Below are positions 41,178 through 51,186 of a stretch of 64,000 bases of DNA, piece after piece. The notes beneath the pieces were generated by a model. It had not been told where the DNA came from and did not search any database. It saw only the letters and a program-made list of their open reading frames with translations. Positions within the stretch are counted from its first letter, which is position 1. Each line of letters begins with the position of its first letter. The translations under genes were made by a program, and so were the position numbers. The DNA is from a virus. Its lineage: Duplodnaviria > Heunggongvirae > Uroviricota > Caudoviricetes. Location: IMG/VR virus record IMGVR_UViG_2880412407_000002; one strand, given 5' to 3'.

Positions 41178-43077
41178 TATGATGAGTGCTGTCACAACAG
41201 CATTACAGCCCCTGATAAGGGCATTGCCGGTGACGCCAGTTGAATGGGCTGATCAAAATTATTATCTGCCTAAAGAATCTTCATATGGTGAGGGAGAATG
41301 GAAAACGCTGCCATTCCAGATCGCCATCATGAACAGCATGGGGAATGATCAGATCCGCACTGTTAATCTGATTAAATCTGCCCGTGTTGGCTATACAAAG
41401 ATGTTGCTGGGGGTGGTCGGGTATTTTATTGAGCATAAATCCCGAAACAGTCTGCTTTTTCAGCCCACGGATTCTGCCGCTGAAGATTTTATGAAGTCTC
41501 ACGTGGAGGCGACGATTCGGAACGTGCCATGCCTGAAAGACCTTTCCCCATGGCTGGGGCGTAAACATCGTGACAATACTCTCACGCTGAAACGCTTTTC
41601 ATCGGGCGTCGGTTTCTGGTGCCTGGGCGGTGCAGCCGCCAAAAACTACCGTGAAAAATCCGTGGACGTGGTCTGCTATGACGAACTTTCCTCGTTCGAG
41701 CCGGATGTCGAAAAAGAGGGCTCGCCAACCCTGCTGGGGGATAAGCGTATTGAGGGCTCTGTATGGCCAAAATCCATTCGCGGCTCGACGCCTAAAATCA
41801 AAGGCACCTGCCAGATCGAAAAAGCGGCCAACGAGTCGGCGCATTTTATGCGTTTCTATGTGCCCTGCCCGCACTGTGGGGAGGCGCAGTATCTGAAATT
41901 TGGCGATGAATCCACGCCTTTTGGCCTTAAATGGGAGAAGGACAGCCCCGAAAGCGTTTTCTACCTCTGTGAACATCATGGCTGCGTGATCCATCAGTCT
42001 GAGCTTGACCAGAGTAACGGGCGCTGGATCTGTGAAAACACGGGTATGTGGACCCGTGACGGCCTGACGTTTTTCAGCGCTGCGGGTAATGAAATTCCGC
42101 CGCCGCGCTCCATCACGTTCCATATCTGGACGGCGTACAGTCCGTTCACCACCTGGGTACAGATTGTCTATGACTGGCTGGATGCACTGAAAGATCCCAA
42201 CGGCCTGAAAACCTTTGTGAACACCACGCTGGGCGAGACCTGGGAAGAGGCCGTGGGCGAAAAACTCGATCACCAGGTACTGATGGATAAGGTGGTGCGT
42301 TACACGGCGGCGGTGCCTGCCCGGGTGGTTTATCTGACGGCGGGCATTGACTCGCAGCGAAACCGTTTTGAGATGTATGTCTGGGGATGGGCTCCGGGAG
42401 AGGAAGCCTTTCTGGTGGATAAAATCATCATTATGGGGCGTCCTGATGAGGAAGAGACGCTGTTACGTGTGGATGCGGCGATCAACAAAAAATACCGCCA
42501 TGCGGATGGCACCGAAATGACTATTTCCCGTGTCTGCTGGGACACCGGGGGGATCGATGGTGAAATTGTTTATCAGAGATCAAAAAAACACGGTGTTTTC
42601 CGGGTGCTGCCGGTAAAAGGCGCATCTGTCTATGGCAAGCCGGTGATCACCATGCCAAAAACCCGCAATCAGCGGGGCGTGTATCTGTGTGAAGTGGGAA
42701 CGGACACCGCAAAAGAAATTCTCTATGCCCGTATGAAAGCCGATCCCACGCCTGCGGATGAAGCCACGTCGTATGCCATCCGTTTTCCTGATGATCCGGA
42801 GATTTTTTCGCAGACAGAGGCGCAGCAACTGGTGGCGGAAGAGCTGGTGGAGAAGTGGGAAAAAGGAAAGATGCGTCTGCTGTGGGATAACAAAAAGCGG
42901 CGTAACGAAGCGCTGGACTGCCTGGTGTATGCCTACGCGGCATTACGTGTGTCCGTGCAACGCTGGCAGCTTGATCTGGCTGTACTGGCAAAATCCCGGG
43001 AAGAAGAGACGACCCGGCCAACCCTGAAAGAACTGGCAGCGAAGCTGTCCGGAGGAGTGAATGGTTACAGTCGCTGA
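41149..43077 (+). CDS. A: Terminase large subunit A
   Basis: MNISEQQ...VEWADQNYYLPKES...; extended similarity to lambda gpA including the FRVLPVKGASVYGKP region. Confidence 0.95.
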   Translation: MNISEQQLNNMMSAVTTALQPLIRALPVTPVEWADQNYYLPKESSYGEGEWKTLPFQIAIMNSMGNDQIRTVNLIKSARVGYTKMLLGVVGYFIEHKSRNSLLFQPTDSAAEDFMKSHVEATIRNVPCLKDLSPWLGRKHRDNTLTLKRFSSGVGFWCLGGAAAKNYREKSVDVVCYDELSSFEPDVEKEGSPTLLGDKRIEGSVWPKSIRGSTPKIKGTCQIEKAANESAHFMRFYVPCPHCGEAQYLKFGDESTPFGLKWEKDSPESVFYLCEHHGCVIHQSELDQSNGRWICENTGMWTRDGLTFFSAAGNEIPPPRSITFHIWTAYSPFTTWVQIVYDWLDALKDPNGLKTFVNTTLGETWEEAVGEKLDHQVLMDKVVRYTAAVPARVVYLTAGIDSQRNRFEMYVWGWAPGEEAFLVDKIIIMGRPDEEETLLRVDAAINKKYRHADGTEMTISRVCWDTGGIDGEIVYQRSKKHGVFRVLPVKGASVYGKPVITMPKTRNQRGVYLCEVGTDTAKEILYARMKADPTPADEATSYAIRFPDDPEIFSQTEAQQLVAEELVEKWEKGKMRLLWDNKKRRNEALDCLVYAYAALRVSVQRWQLDLAVLAKSREEETTRPTLKELAAKLSGGVNGYSR

Positions 43078-43267
43078 ACTGCAGGCGCTGCGTCAGGCGC
43101 GCCTTGATTTATTAACCGGTAAACGGGTGGTGTCTGTCCAGAAAGATGGTCGCAGAATTGAATATACGGCGGCTTCTCTGGATGAGCTTAACCGGGCGAT
43201 CAATGATGCGGAGTCGGTACTGGGGACAACCCGGCGTCGCCGTCGTCCGCTGGGAGTGAGGTTATGA
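43061..43267 (+). CDS. W: Head-tail joining protein W
   Basis: 68 aa; LTGKRVVSVQKDGRRIEYTAASL. Confidence 0.85.
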   Translation: MVTVAELQALRQARLDLLTGKRVVSVQKDGRRIEYTAASLDELNRAINDAESVLGTTRRRRRPLGVRL

Positions 43268-44856
43268 AACGAACGCCTGTCCTGATTGATGTGAACGGCG
43301 TTCCGCTTCGTGAGAGTCTCAGCTACAACGGGGGCGGTGCAGGATTTGGCGGGCAAATGGCGGAGTGGTTGCCACCGGCGCAGAGTGCCGATGCGGCCCT
43401 GCTGCCCGCGTTGCGTCTGGGGAATGCCCGGGCAGATGATCTGGTGCGCAATAACGGAATAGCGGCCAATGCGGTGGCACTGCATAAGGATCACATTGTC
43501 GGGCATATGTTTCTTATCAGCTACCGTCCGAACTGGCGCTGGCTGGGGATGCGGGAGACCGCAGCAAAAAGCTTTGTCGATGAGGTGGAGGCGGCCTGGT
43601 CGGAATACGCCGAAGGGATGTCTGGCGAGATCGACGTGGAAGGAAAACGCACGTTCACGGAATTTATCCGTGAAGGTGTGGGCGTTCATGCGTTTAACGG
43701 CGAAATCTTTGTGCAGCCGGTCTGGGATACGGAAACCACGCAGTTATTCCGTACGCGTTTTAAAGCCGTGAGTCCGAAACGGGTGGACACGCCAGGACAC
43801 GGTATGGGGAACCGTTTTCTGCGGGCCGGGGTGGAGGTCGATCGATATGGCCGTGCCGTTGCGTACCATATCTGTGAGGATGATTTTCCTCGCTCCGGGA
43901 GTGGACGATGGGAACGGATCCCGCGTGAACTTCCCACCGGGCGTCCGGCCATGCTGCATATTTTCGAGCCGGTGGAGGACGGGCAGACCCGTGGGGCCAA
44001 CCAGTTTTACAGCGTCATGGAACGGCTGAAGATGCTCGATTCCCTGCAGGCAACACAGCTTCAGTCGGCCATTGTGAAAGCCATGTATGCAGCGACGATT
44101 GAAAGTGACCTTGATACCGAAAAGGCCTTTGAATATATCGCCGGTGCGCCGCAGGGGCAGAAGGATAATCCGCTTATTAATATTCTGGAGAAGTTCTCCA
44201 GCTGGTATGACACGAATAACGTGACGCTGGGTGGTGTCAAAATTCCGCACCTTTTCCCCGGGGATGATCTGAAACTACAGACTGCGCAGGATTCAGACAA
44301 TGGATTTTCGGCGCTTGAACAGGCGCTGCTGCGGTATATCGCCGCCGGTCTTGGCGTTTCCTACGAACAGTTGTCCCGTGATTACTCGAAGGTCAGTTAT
44401 TCAAGTGCCAGGGCCTCTGCCAATGAGTCGTGGCGCTATTTTATGGGGCGGCGAAAATTTATTGCGGCCCGGCTGGCCACGCAGATGTTTTCCTGCTGGC
44501 TGGAAGAGGCACTTCTTCGGGGGATTATCCGTCCGCCACGGGCGCGTTTTGATTTTTATCAGGCGCGATCAGCCTGGTCACGGGCAGAGTGGATTGGTGC
44601 CGGAAGAATGGCCATTGACGGGCTCAAGGAGGTTCAGGAATCGGTGATGCGCATTGAGGCCGGACTGAGCACGTATGAGAAAGAGCTGGCGCTGATGGGC
44701 GAGGATTATCAGGACATTTTCCGCCAGCAGGTCAGGGAATCTGCAGAGCGGCAAAAAGCCGGACTCTCACGTCCGGTGTGGATAGCGCAGGCGTATCAGC
44801 AGCAGATAGCGGAGAGTCGCAGGCCGGAAGAGGAGACAACACCCCGTGAGACGTAA
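43264..44856 (+). CDS. B: Portal protein B
   Basis: 530 aa; lambda order. Confidence 0.9.
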   Translation: MKRTPVLIDVNGVPLRESLSYNGGGAGFGGQMAEWLPPAQSADAALLPALRLGNARADDLVRNNGIAANAVALHKDHIVGHMFLISYRPNWRWLGMRETAAKSFVDEVEAAWSEYAEGMSGEIDVEGKRTFTEFIREGVGVHAFNGEIFVQPVWDTETTQLFRTRFKAVSPKRVDTPGHGMGNRFLRAGVEVDRYGRAVAYHICEDDFPRSGSGRWERIPRELPTGRPAMLHIFEPVEDGQTRGANQFYSVMERLKMLDSLQATQLQSAIVKAMYAATIESDLDTEKAFEYIAGAPQGQKDNPLINILEKFSSWYDTNNVTLGGVKIPHLFPGDDLKLQTAQDSDNGFSALEQALLRYIAAGLGVSYEQLSRDYSKVSYSSARASANESWRYFMGRRKFIAARLATQMFSCWLEEALLRGIIRPPRARFDFYQARSAWSRAEWIGAGRMAIDGLKEVQESVMRIEAGLSTYEKELALMGEDYQDIFRQQVRESAERQKAGLSRPVWIAQAYQQQIAESRRPEEETTPRET

Positions 44857-46351
44857 TCTTTCACACATTATTGCCGCAGCATTCAATGAACCGCTGCTTC
44901 TGGAGCCCGCCTATGCGCGGGTTTTCTTTTGCGCGCTCGGGCGCGAGATGGGGGCAGCAAGTCTTTCGGTACCACAGCAGCAGGTACAGCTTGATGCTCC
45001 CGGAATGCTGGCTGAAACGGACGAGTACATGGCCGGAGGTAAACGACCGGCCCGTGTTTACCGGGTGGTGAACGGTATTGCTGTACTGCCGGTGACCGGC
45101 ACGCTGGTGCACCGGCTGGGGGGTATGCGGTCATTTTCCGGAATGACAGGCTATGACGGCATTGTCGCCTGTCTTCAGCAGGCAATGGCGGATAGCCAGG
45201 TGCGGGGCGTACTGCTGGACATTGACAGTCCGGGCGGGCAGGCCGCCGGCGCGTTTGACTGCGCTGACATGATTTACCGCCTCCGTCAGCAGAAGCCGGT
45301 CTGGGCACTGTGCAATGACACGGCCTGTTCTGCAGCCATGCTGCTGGCGTCGGCCTGCTCCCGACGGCTGGTTACCCAGACATCCCGTATCGGCTCCATT
45401 GGCGTGATGATGAGCCATGTCAGCTATGCCGGTCATCTGGCGCAGGCCGGTGTGGATATCACGCTGATTTACTCAGGGGCGCACAAGGTGGATGGCAATC
45501 AGTTTGAAGCCTTACCGGCAGAGGTTCGCCAGGACATGCAGCAGCGCATTGATGCGGCGCGCCGGATGTTTGCCGAAAAAGTGGCCATGTTTACCGGTCT
45601 GTCTGTTGATGCCGTCACGGGAACAGAGGCCGCCGTTTTTGAAGGTCAGTCCGGGATTGATGCCGGGCTGGCGGATGAATTAGTCAATGCGTCGGATGCC
45701 ATCAGTGTGATGGCCACGGCGCTGAACAGTAATGTCAGAGGAGGCACTATGCCGCAATTAACTGCAACGGAAGCCGCCGCGCAGGAGAACCAGCGAGTGA
45801 TGGGGATCCTGACATGCCAGGAAGCGAAAGGACGTGAACAGCTTGCCACGATGCTGGCAGGACAACAGGGCATGAGCGTTGAACAGGCCCGGGCGATTCT
45901 GGCCGCGGCGGCACCGCAGCAGCCGGTGGCATCCACGCAGAGTGAAGCCGATCGCATTATGGCGTGTGAAGAAGCGAACGGTCGTGAACAACTGGCGGCA
46001 ACGCTGGCGGCGATGCCGGAGATGACGGTGGAAAAAGCCCGCCCGATCCTGGCTGCTTCACCGCAGGCGGATGCCGGACCCTCACTCCGTGATCAGATCA
46101 TGGCACTGGATGAGGCAAAAGGGGCTGAGGCGCAGGCTGAACAGCTGGCTGCCTGCCCGGGAATGACTGTGGAGAGCGCCCGGGCTGTGCTGGCTGCGGG
46201 ATCAGGTAAGGCAGAACCGGTCTCTGCATCCACAACCGCCCTGTTTGAACGCATCATGGCGAACCATTCACCGGCAGCGGTACAGGGTGGCGTGCCACAG
46301 ACGTCAGCAGACGGTGATGCGGACGTGAAAATGCTCATGGCTATGCCATGA
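44846..46351 (+). CDS. C: Prohead protease C (S49-like) with C-terminal scaffold-like region (GTG start)
   Basis: S49 peptidase core; C-terminus has three tandem roughly 50-aa repeats. Confidence 0.85.
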   Translation: MRRNLSHIIAAAFNEPLLLEPAYARVFFCALGREMGAASLSVPQQQVQLDAPGMLAETDEYMAGGKRPARVYRVVNGIAVLPVTGTLVHRLGGMRSFSGMTGYDGIVACLQQAMADSQVRGVLLDIDSPGGQAAGAFDCADMIYRLRQQKPVWALCNDTACSAAMLLASACSRRLVTQTSRIGSIGVMMSHVSYAGHLAQAGVDITLIYSGAHKVDGNQFEALPAEVRQDMQQRIDAARRMFAEKVAMFTGLSVDAVTGTEAAVFEGQSGIDAGLADELVNASDAISVMATALNSNVRGGTMPQLTATEAAAQENQRVMGILTCQEAKGREQLATMLAGQQGMSVEQARAILAAAAPQQPVASTQSEADRIMACEEANGREQLAATLAAMPEMTVEKARPILAASPQADAGPSLRDQIMALDEAKGAEAQAEQLAACPGMTVESARAVLAAGSGKAEPVSASTTALFERIMANHSPAAVQGGVPQTSADGDADVKMLMAMP

Positions 46352-46387
46352 AGTCAGTGCTGACCATCAACAGGAGGTTTTTACAAT

Positions 46388-46714
46388 ATGGTAACGAAAA
46401 CCATCACTGAACAGCGTGCGGAAGTACGTATTTTTGCCGGTAATGATCCGGCTCATACCGCCACAGGCAGCAGCGGGATTTCCTCGGCAACACCGGCACT
46501 GACGCCCCTGATGCTGGATGAAGCCAGCGGGAAACTGGTGGTCTGGGACGGACAGAAAGCCGGTAGTGCGGTTGGCATACTGGTACTGCCGCTTGAAGGC
46601 ACAGAGACGGTACTGACGTATTACAAGTCGGGGACCTTTGCGACGGAGGCAATCCGCTGGCCTGACAGTGTGGATGAACACAAAAAGGCAAATGCCTTTG
46701 CCGGCAGTGCCTGA
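46388..46714 (+). CDS. D: Head decoration protein D
   Basis: 108 aa; NDPAHTATGSSGISSATPALTPLMLD. Confidence 0.9.
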   Translation: MVTKTITEQRAEVRIFAGNDPAHTATGSSGISSATPALTPLMLDEASGKLVVWDGQKAGSAVGILVLPLEGTETVLTYYKSGTFATEAIRWPDSVDEHKKANAFAGSA

Positions 46715-46791
46715 GTCACGCGGCGCTGCCGTAACACGTTATCAGGCCACCGCGGTGGCCTGACTGATTTCTGAATGAAAGGAACTGATTT

Positions 46792-47820
46792 ATGGGATTG
46801 TTTACGACCCGCCAGTTACTCGGTTATACCGAACAAAAAGTGAAATTTCGTGCGCTGTTTCTGGAGCTGTTTTTCCGCCGTACGGTGAATTTCCATACCG
46901 AAGAGGTGATGCTGGACAAAATTACCGGAAAAACGCCGGTGGCGGCCTATGTCTCCCCGGTTGTTGAAGGAAAAGTGCTGCGTCATCGCGGTGGTGAAAC
47001 CCGCGTGTTACGTCCGGGCTACGTCAAGCCGAAACACGAATTTAATTACCAGCAGGCGGTTGAGCGTCTTCCCGGTGAAGATCCGGCTCAACTGAACGAC
47101 CCGGCCTACCGTCGTCTGCGTATCATCACCGATAACCTCAAACAGGAAGAGCATGCCATTGTCCAGGTGGAAGAAATGCAGGCGGTGAATGCCGTGCTGT
47201 ATGGCAAATACACCATGGAAGGGGATCAGTTTGATACTGTCGAGGTGGATTTTGGACGCTCTGAAGGAAATAACATTGAGCAGGCCGACGGTAAAAAATG
47301 GTCTGAGCAGGACCGTGATACGTTTGATCCGACGCATGATATTGACCTCTACTGCGATCAGGCCAGCGGTCTTGTGAATATTGCCATTATGGACGGTACT
47401 GTCTGGCGTCTGCTGAATGGTTTTAAGCTGTTCCGAGAAAAACTGGATACCCGTCGCGGCTCAAATTCACAACTCGAAACGGCAGTGAAAGACCTGGGGG
47501 CGGTGGTGTCTTTCAAAGGGTATTACGGCGATCTGGCCATTGTGGTGGCGAAAACGTCTTATGTGGCAGAGGACGGTACCGAAAAACGTTATCTGCCGGA
47601 GGGCACGCTGGTCCTGGGAAATACGGCTGCAGATGGGATCCGTTGTTACGGTGCCATTCAGGATGCGCAGGCGTTGTCCGAAGGTGTGGTGGCTTCTTCC
47701 CGTTACCCGAAACACTGGCTGACCGTGGGCGATCCGGCCCGTGAATTTACCATGACGCAGTCCGCACCGCTGATGGTGCTGCCGGATCCGGATGAGTTTG
47801 TGGTGGTGCAGGTGAAATAA
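46792..47820 (+). CDS. E: Major capsid protein E
   Basis: 342 aa; RGSNSQLETAVKDLG and TGDPAREFTMTQSAPLM lambda E patterns. Confidence 0.95.
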   Translation: MGLFTTRQLLGYTEQKVKFRALFLELFFRRTVNFHTEEVMLDKITGKTPVAAYVSPVVEGKVLRHRGGETRVLRPGYVKPKHEFNYQQAVERLPGEDPAQLNDPAYRRLRIITDNLKQEEHAIVQVEEMQAVNAVLYGKYTMEGDQFDTVEVDFGRSEGNNIEQADGKKWSEQDRDTFDPTHDIDLYCDQASGLVNIAIMDGTVWRLLNGFKLFREKLDTRRGSNSQLETAVKDLGAVVSFKGYYGDLAIVVAKTSYVAEDGTEKRYLPEGTLVLGNTAADGIRCYGAIQDAQALSEGVVASSRYPKHWLTVGDPAREFTMTQSAPLMVLPDPDEFVVVQVK

Positions 47821-47871
47821 TCCGTGAGCGGAGGCGAAATGCCCCCGTGTCTTTTTTCACAGGGGGCTGAT

Positions 47872-48255
47872 ATGGCAACAAAAGAAGAAAATCAGAAACG
47901 TCTTCGTCAACTGGCTGGCCTGCTGGGGCGCGAGGCGGATATGTCGGGGAGTGCTGCGGATATTGCGCAACGTGTGTCTGAGTGGGAAGAGGAGCTTGCT
48001 GCTTCCCGGGAGGGCATTATGCCTGGTGATGAGAGCGGGCCTGAGCAAAATCACACAGACGATGGTGAGCAGTTGCACAACACTGATGCTACGGATGATG
48101 TTAAAGCGGTCCGTGTGCGGAAATGCCTGCATGTGATGGGGTATTGCCCGGAGACAGGCCGTCCCGTTGAACTGACGTACCGGGGCATGCGTGTTCTGGT
48201 GCCATCACCACTGGCGACAGCCATGATACAGCACGGAACGGCTGAGCATGCGTGA
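47872..48255 (+). CDS. FI: DNA packaging protein FI
   Basis: 127 aa from MATKEENQKRL. Confidence 0.75.
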   Translation: MATKEENQKRLRQLAGLLGREADMSGSAADIAQRVSEWEEELAASREGIMPGDESGPEQNHTDDGEQLHNTDATDDVKAVRVRKCLHVMGYCPETGRPVELTYRGMRVLVPSPLATAMIQHGTAEHA

Positions 48256-48601
48256 TTTTCAGAATGCCTTTGATGCTGCCCTTGCCGGGGTGGACAGCAC
48301 GATTGTTGAAGTGATGGGGCTCTGTGCGCAGTTCACCTCGGGGGCACAGTGTGGCAGCGAAGTTCAGGGGGTTTTTGACGATCCGGAGTCGCTGGGGTTT
48401 GCCGGTAGCGGGGTCCGTATTGAAGGAAGCTGCCCGTCATTATTTGTACGGACGGATACGGTTCGTGCTGTGCGGCGTGGTGACACGCTGACCATTAATG
48501 GTGAGACATTCTGGGTGGATCGTCTTTCTCCGGATGACGGGGGCAGTTGTTATCTCTGGCTCAACCGTGGGCAACCACCGGCAGTTAACCGGCGACGATA
48601 A
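48248..48601 (+). CDS. FII: Head-tail connector protein FII
   Basis: RRGDTLTINGETFWVDRLSPDDGGSCYLWL. Confidence 0.9.
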   Translation: MRDFQNAFDAALAGVDSTIVEVMGLCAQFTSGAQCGSEVQGVFDDPESLGFAGSGVRIEGSCPSLFVRTDTVRAVRRGDTLTINGETFWVDRLSPDDGGSCYLWLNRGQPPAVNRRR

Positions 48602-48615
48602 ACGCAGGGTGAATT

Positions 48616-49149
48616 ATGGCGATAAAAGGGCTTGATCAGGCGATTGAAAATCTGAGCCGGGTTCGTAAAAACGCCATTCCGGCGGCTTCAGCAATGGCCA
48701 TTAACCGCGTGGCCACAACGGCGATTAATCAGTCTTCGTCACAGGTTGCCCGGGAGACCAGGGTGAGCCGGAAACTGGTAAAGGAACGGTCCAGACTGAA
48801 ACGGGCCACGGTCAGAAATCCGAATGCCAGAATTATCGTTAACCGCGGTGATCTCCCGGTGATTAAGCTGGGGATCAGGATGCCGGGGCGTCGTCCGGAC
48901 AGCATACTCAAAGCCGGTCAGCATCGTTATCAGCGGGCATTTATTCAGCGATTAAAAAATGGTCGCTGGCATGTCATGCAGCGTGTGGCCGGGAAAAACC
49001 GTTACCCCATTGATGTGGTGAAAATCCCGATGGCGGCCCCACTGAAACAGGCGTTTGATGAAAACGTTGACCGTATCCGGCGTGAACTCCTGCCCGGAGA
49101 ACTGGCATATGCGCTGAAACAACAACTGAGGATTGCGATAAAACGATGA
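48616..49149 (+). CDS. Z: Tail completion protein Z
   Basis: 177 aa; lambda order. Confidence 0.85.
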   Translation: MAIKGLDQAIENLSRVRKNAIPAASAMAINRVATTAINQSSSQVARETRVSRKLVKERSRLKRATVRNPNARIIVNRGDLPVIKLGIRMPGRRPDSILKAGQHRYQRAFIQRLKNGRWHVMQRVAGKNRYPIDVVKIPMAAPLKQAFDENVDRIRRELLPGELAYALKQQLRIAIKR

Positions 49150-49541
49150 AACATACTGATATCCGTGCTGCAGTGCTGGATGCACTGGAGCTGCATGAAC
49201 ACGGGGCGACGCTGTTTGATGGTCGCCCCGTTGTTTTTGACGAAGAGGATTTTCCCGCGGTCGCGGTTTATCTGACGGATGCAGAGTATACCGGTGAAGA
49301 GCTGGATGCGGATACCTGGCGGGCCACACTGCATATTGAAGTTTTCCTGCCTGCTCAGGTGCCGGATTCAGAGCTGGATTCGTGGATGGAGTCCCGGATT
49401 TATCCGGCGATGTCCGCGATCCCTGCACTGGCAGGGATGATTACCACGATGGTTCAGCAGGGCTATGACTATCGTCGTGATGACGATATGGCGTTATGGA
49501 GCTCTGCAGATTTGACTTATTCCATTACATACGAGATGTGA
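49146..49541 (+). CDS. U: Tail terminator protein U
   Basis: 131 aa; lambda order. Confidence 0.85.
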   Translation: MKHTDIRAAVLDALELHEHGATLFDGRPVVFDEEDFPAVAVYLTDAEYTGEELDADTWRATLHIEVFLPAQVPDSELDSWMESRIYPAMSAIPALAGMITTMVQQGYDYRRDDDMALWSSADLTYSITYEM

Positions 49542-49548
49542 GGACGAT

Positions 49549-50301
49549 ATGCCAACACCAAATCCCCTGGCGCCGGTAAAAGGTGCCGGTACCACTCTGT
49601 GGGTTTACACCGGCAAGGGTGATGCTTATGCAAACCCGTTGTCAGATGATGACTGGCAGCGACTGGCTAAGGTGAAGGATCTGACGCCGGGCGAGATGAC
49701 GGCAGAATCCTACGATGATAACTACCTGGATGATGAAGACGCGGACTGGAGCGCGACCGGGCAGGGACAGAAATCTGCAGGTGATACCAGTTTTACACTG
49801 GCCTGGAAACCGGGAGAAGAAGGTCAGAAAGGGCTTATAGGCTGGTTTGAAAGCGGGGATGTGCGGGCCTATAAAATCCGTTTTCCGAATGGCACGGTGG
49901 ATGTGTTTCGTGGCTGGATCAGCAGTATCGGTAAGGCAGTGACGGCGAAAGAAGTGATCACCCGAACAGTGAAAGTGACCAACGTGGGCAAACCTTCCGT
50001 GGCGGAAGAACGCAGCGAAATTACGCCGGCCACTGCAATTAAGGTGACACCGACATCCGGTACCGTGGAAAAAGGAAAAACAACCACCCTGACTGTTTCT
50101 TTTGAGCCGGAAAGTGCAACCGACAAGACGTTCAGAGCGGTTTCCGCCGATCCGTCAACGGGAACCATTGCTGTGAAAGATATGGTGATCACTGTGACGG
50201 GGGTTAAGGCTGGAAAAGTGAGTATCCCCGTGATTTCCGGTAATGGTCAGTTTGCCACGGTAGCTGAAGTCACCGTTACTGAAGCGGGCGCTGCAGGGTA
50301 A
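49549..50301 (+). CDS. V: Major tail protein V
   Basis: 250 aa; Ig-like C-terminus. Confidence 0.95.
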   Translation: MPTPNPLAPVKGAGTTLWVYTGKGDAYANPLSDDDWQRLAKVKDLTPGEMTAESYDDNYLDDEDADWSATGQGQKSAGDTSFTLAWKPGEEGQKGLIGWFESGDVRAYKIRFPNGTVDVFRGWISSIGKAVTAKEVITRTVKVTNVGKPSVAEERSEITPATAIKVTPTSGTVEKGKTTTLTVSFEPESATDKTFRAVSADPSTGTIAVKDMVITVTGVKAGKVSIPVISGNGQFATVAEVTVTEAGAAG

Positions 50302-50314
50302 ACGGAGGTCATAC

Positions 50315-50746
50315 ATGTTTCTGAAAACAGAACAATTTGAATATAACGGTGTGTCTGTCACGCTTTCCGAATTGTCTGCGCTGCAGCGTATTGAGCATCT
50401 TGCCCTCCTGAAACGGCGTGCAGAACAGGCAGAATCCAGCGGCAACCTGCAGGTAAGCGTGGAAGATCTCGTCAGAACCGGCGCGTTTCTGGTGGCGATG
50501 TCCCTGTGGCATAACCATCCGCAGAAAACGGGGTCACCGTCAATGAATGAGGCCGTGATGCAGATTGAGCAGGAAGTCCTGACCACCTGGCCTGCTGATG
50601 CCATTGCCCGGGCGGAAGATGTGGTGTTGCGTCTGTCCGGGATGAGCGGGCCTGTTCATGTGGATACGGATATTACCGAAGTGGCGAAAAATAACGCGCT
50701 GACTGATGATGATTTTTCTGCGGGAAAGTCTTCGACGGCGAGCTGA
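50315..50746 (+). CDS. G: Tail assembly chaperone G
   Basis: 143 aa. Confidence 0.85.
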   Translation: MFLKTEQFEYNGVSVTLSELSALQRIEHLALLKRRAEQAESSGNLQVSVEDLVRTGAFLVAMSLWHNHPQKTGSPSMNEAVMQIEQEVLTTWPADAIARAEDVVLRLSGMSGPVHVDTDITEVAKNNALTDDDFSAGKSSTAS

Positions 50747-51186
50747 ATTTTGCCCTCAGACTGGCGCGTGAGATGGGGAGGCCTGACTGGCGCGCCATGC
50801 TTGCCGGGATGACATCCACCGAATATGCCGACTGGCGACATTTTTACCGCACGCATTATTTTCACGATACCCAACTGGATATGCATTTTTCCGGGCTGAC
50901 GTACGCTGTACTCAGCCTGTTTTTTTGCGATCCGGATATGCATCCCTCTGATTTCAGTCTGCTTGTCCCCCGGCATGAGGAAGAGCAGGTGGAGAGGCCG
51001 GATGAGGACAAAATGCTGATGCAGAAAGCGGCAGGACTTGCCGGAGGCGTCCGGTTCGGTGGGGACGGAGGGCGCGATATTTTATCGTCTGCGGATGTGG
51101 CGGATGTCATGGTGGATGATGCCGCATTAATGATGGCTTCAGCGGGGATTTCCGGAGGTGTGAGATATGTCCCAGCCGGTTGGTGA
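50315..51186 (+). CDS. T: Tail assembly protein G-T via -1 frameshift
   Basis: T frame 50773..51186 is -1 relative to G; slippery G_GGA_AAG in the G frame. Confidence 0.75.
50722..50728 (+). promoter_or_regulatory. Slippery heptamer G_GGA_AAG for G-T (lambda-type)
   Basis: Codons GGA (50723-50725) and AAG (50726-50728) in the G frame. Confidence 0.7.
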
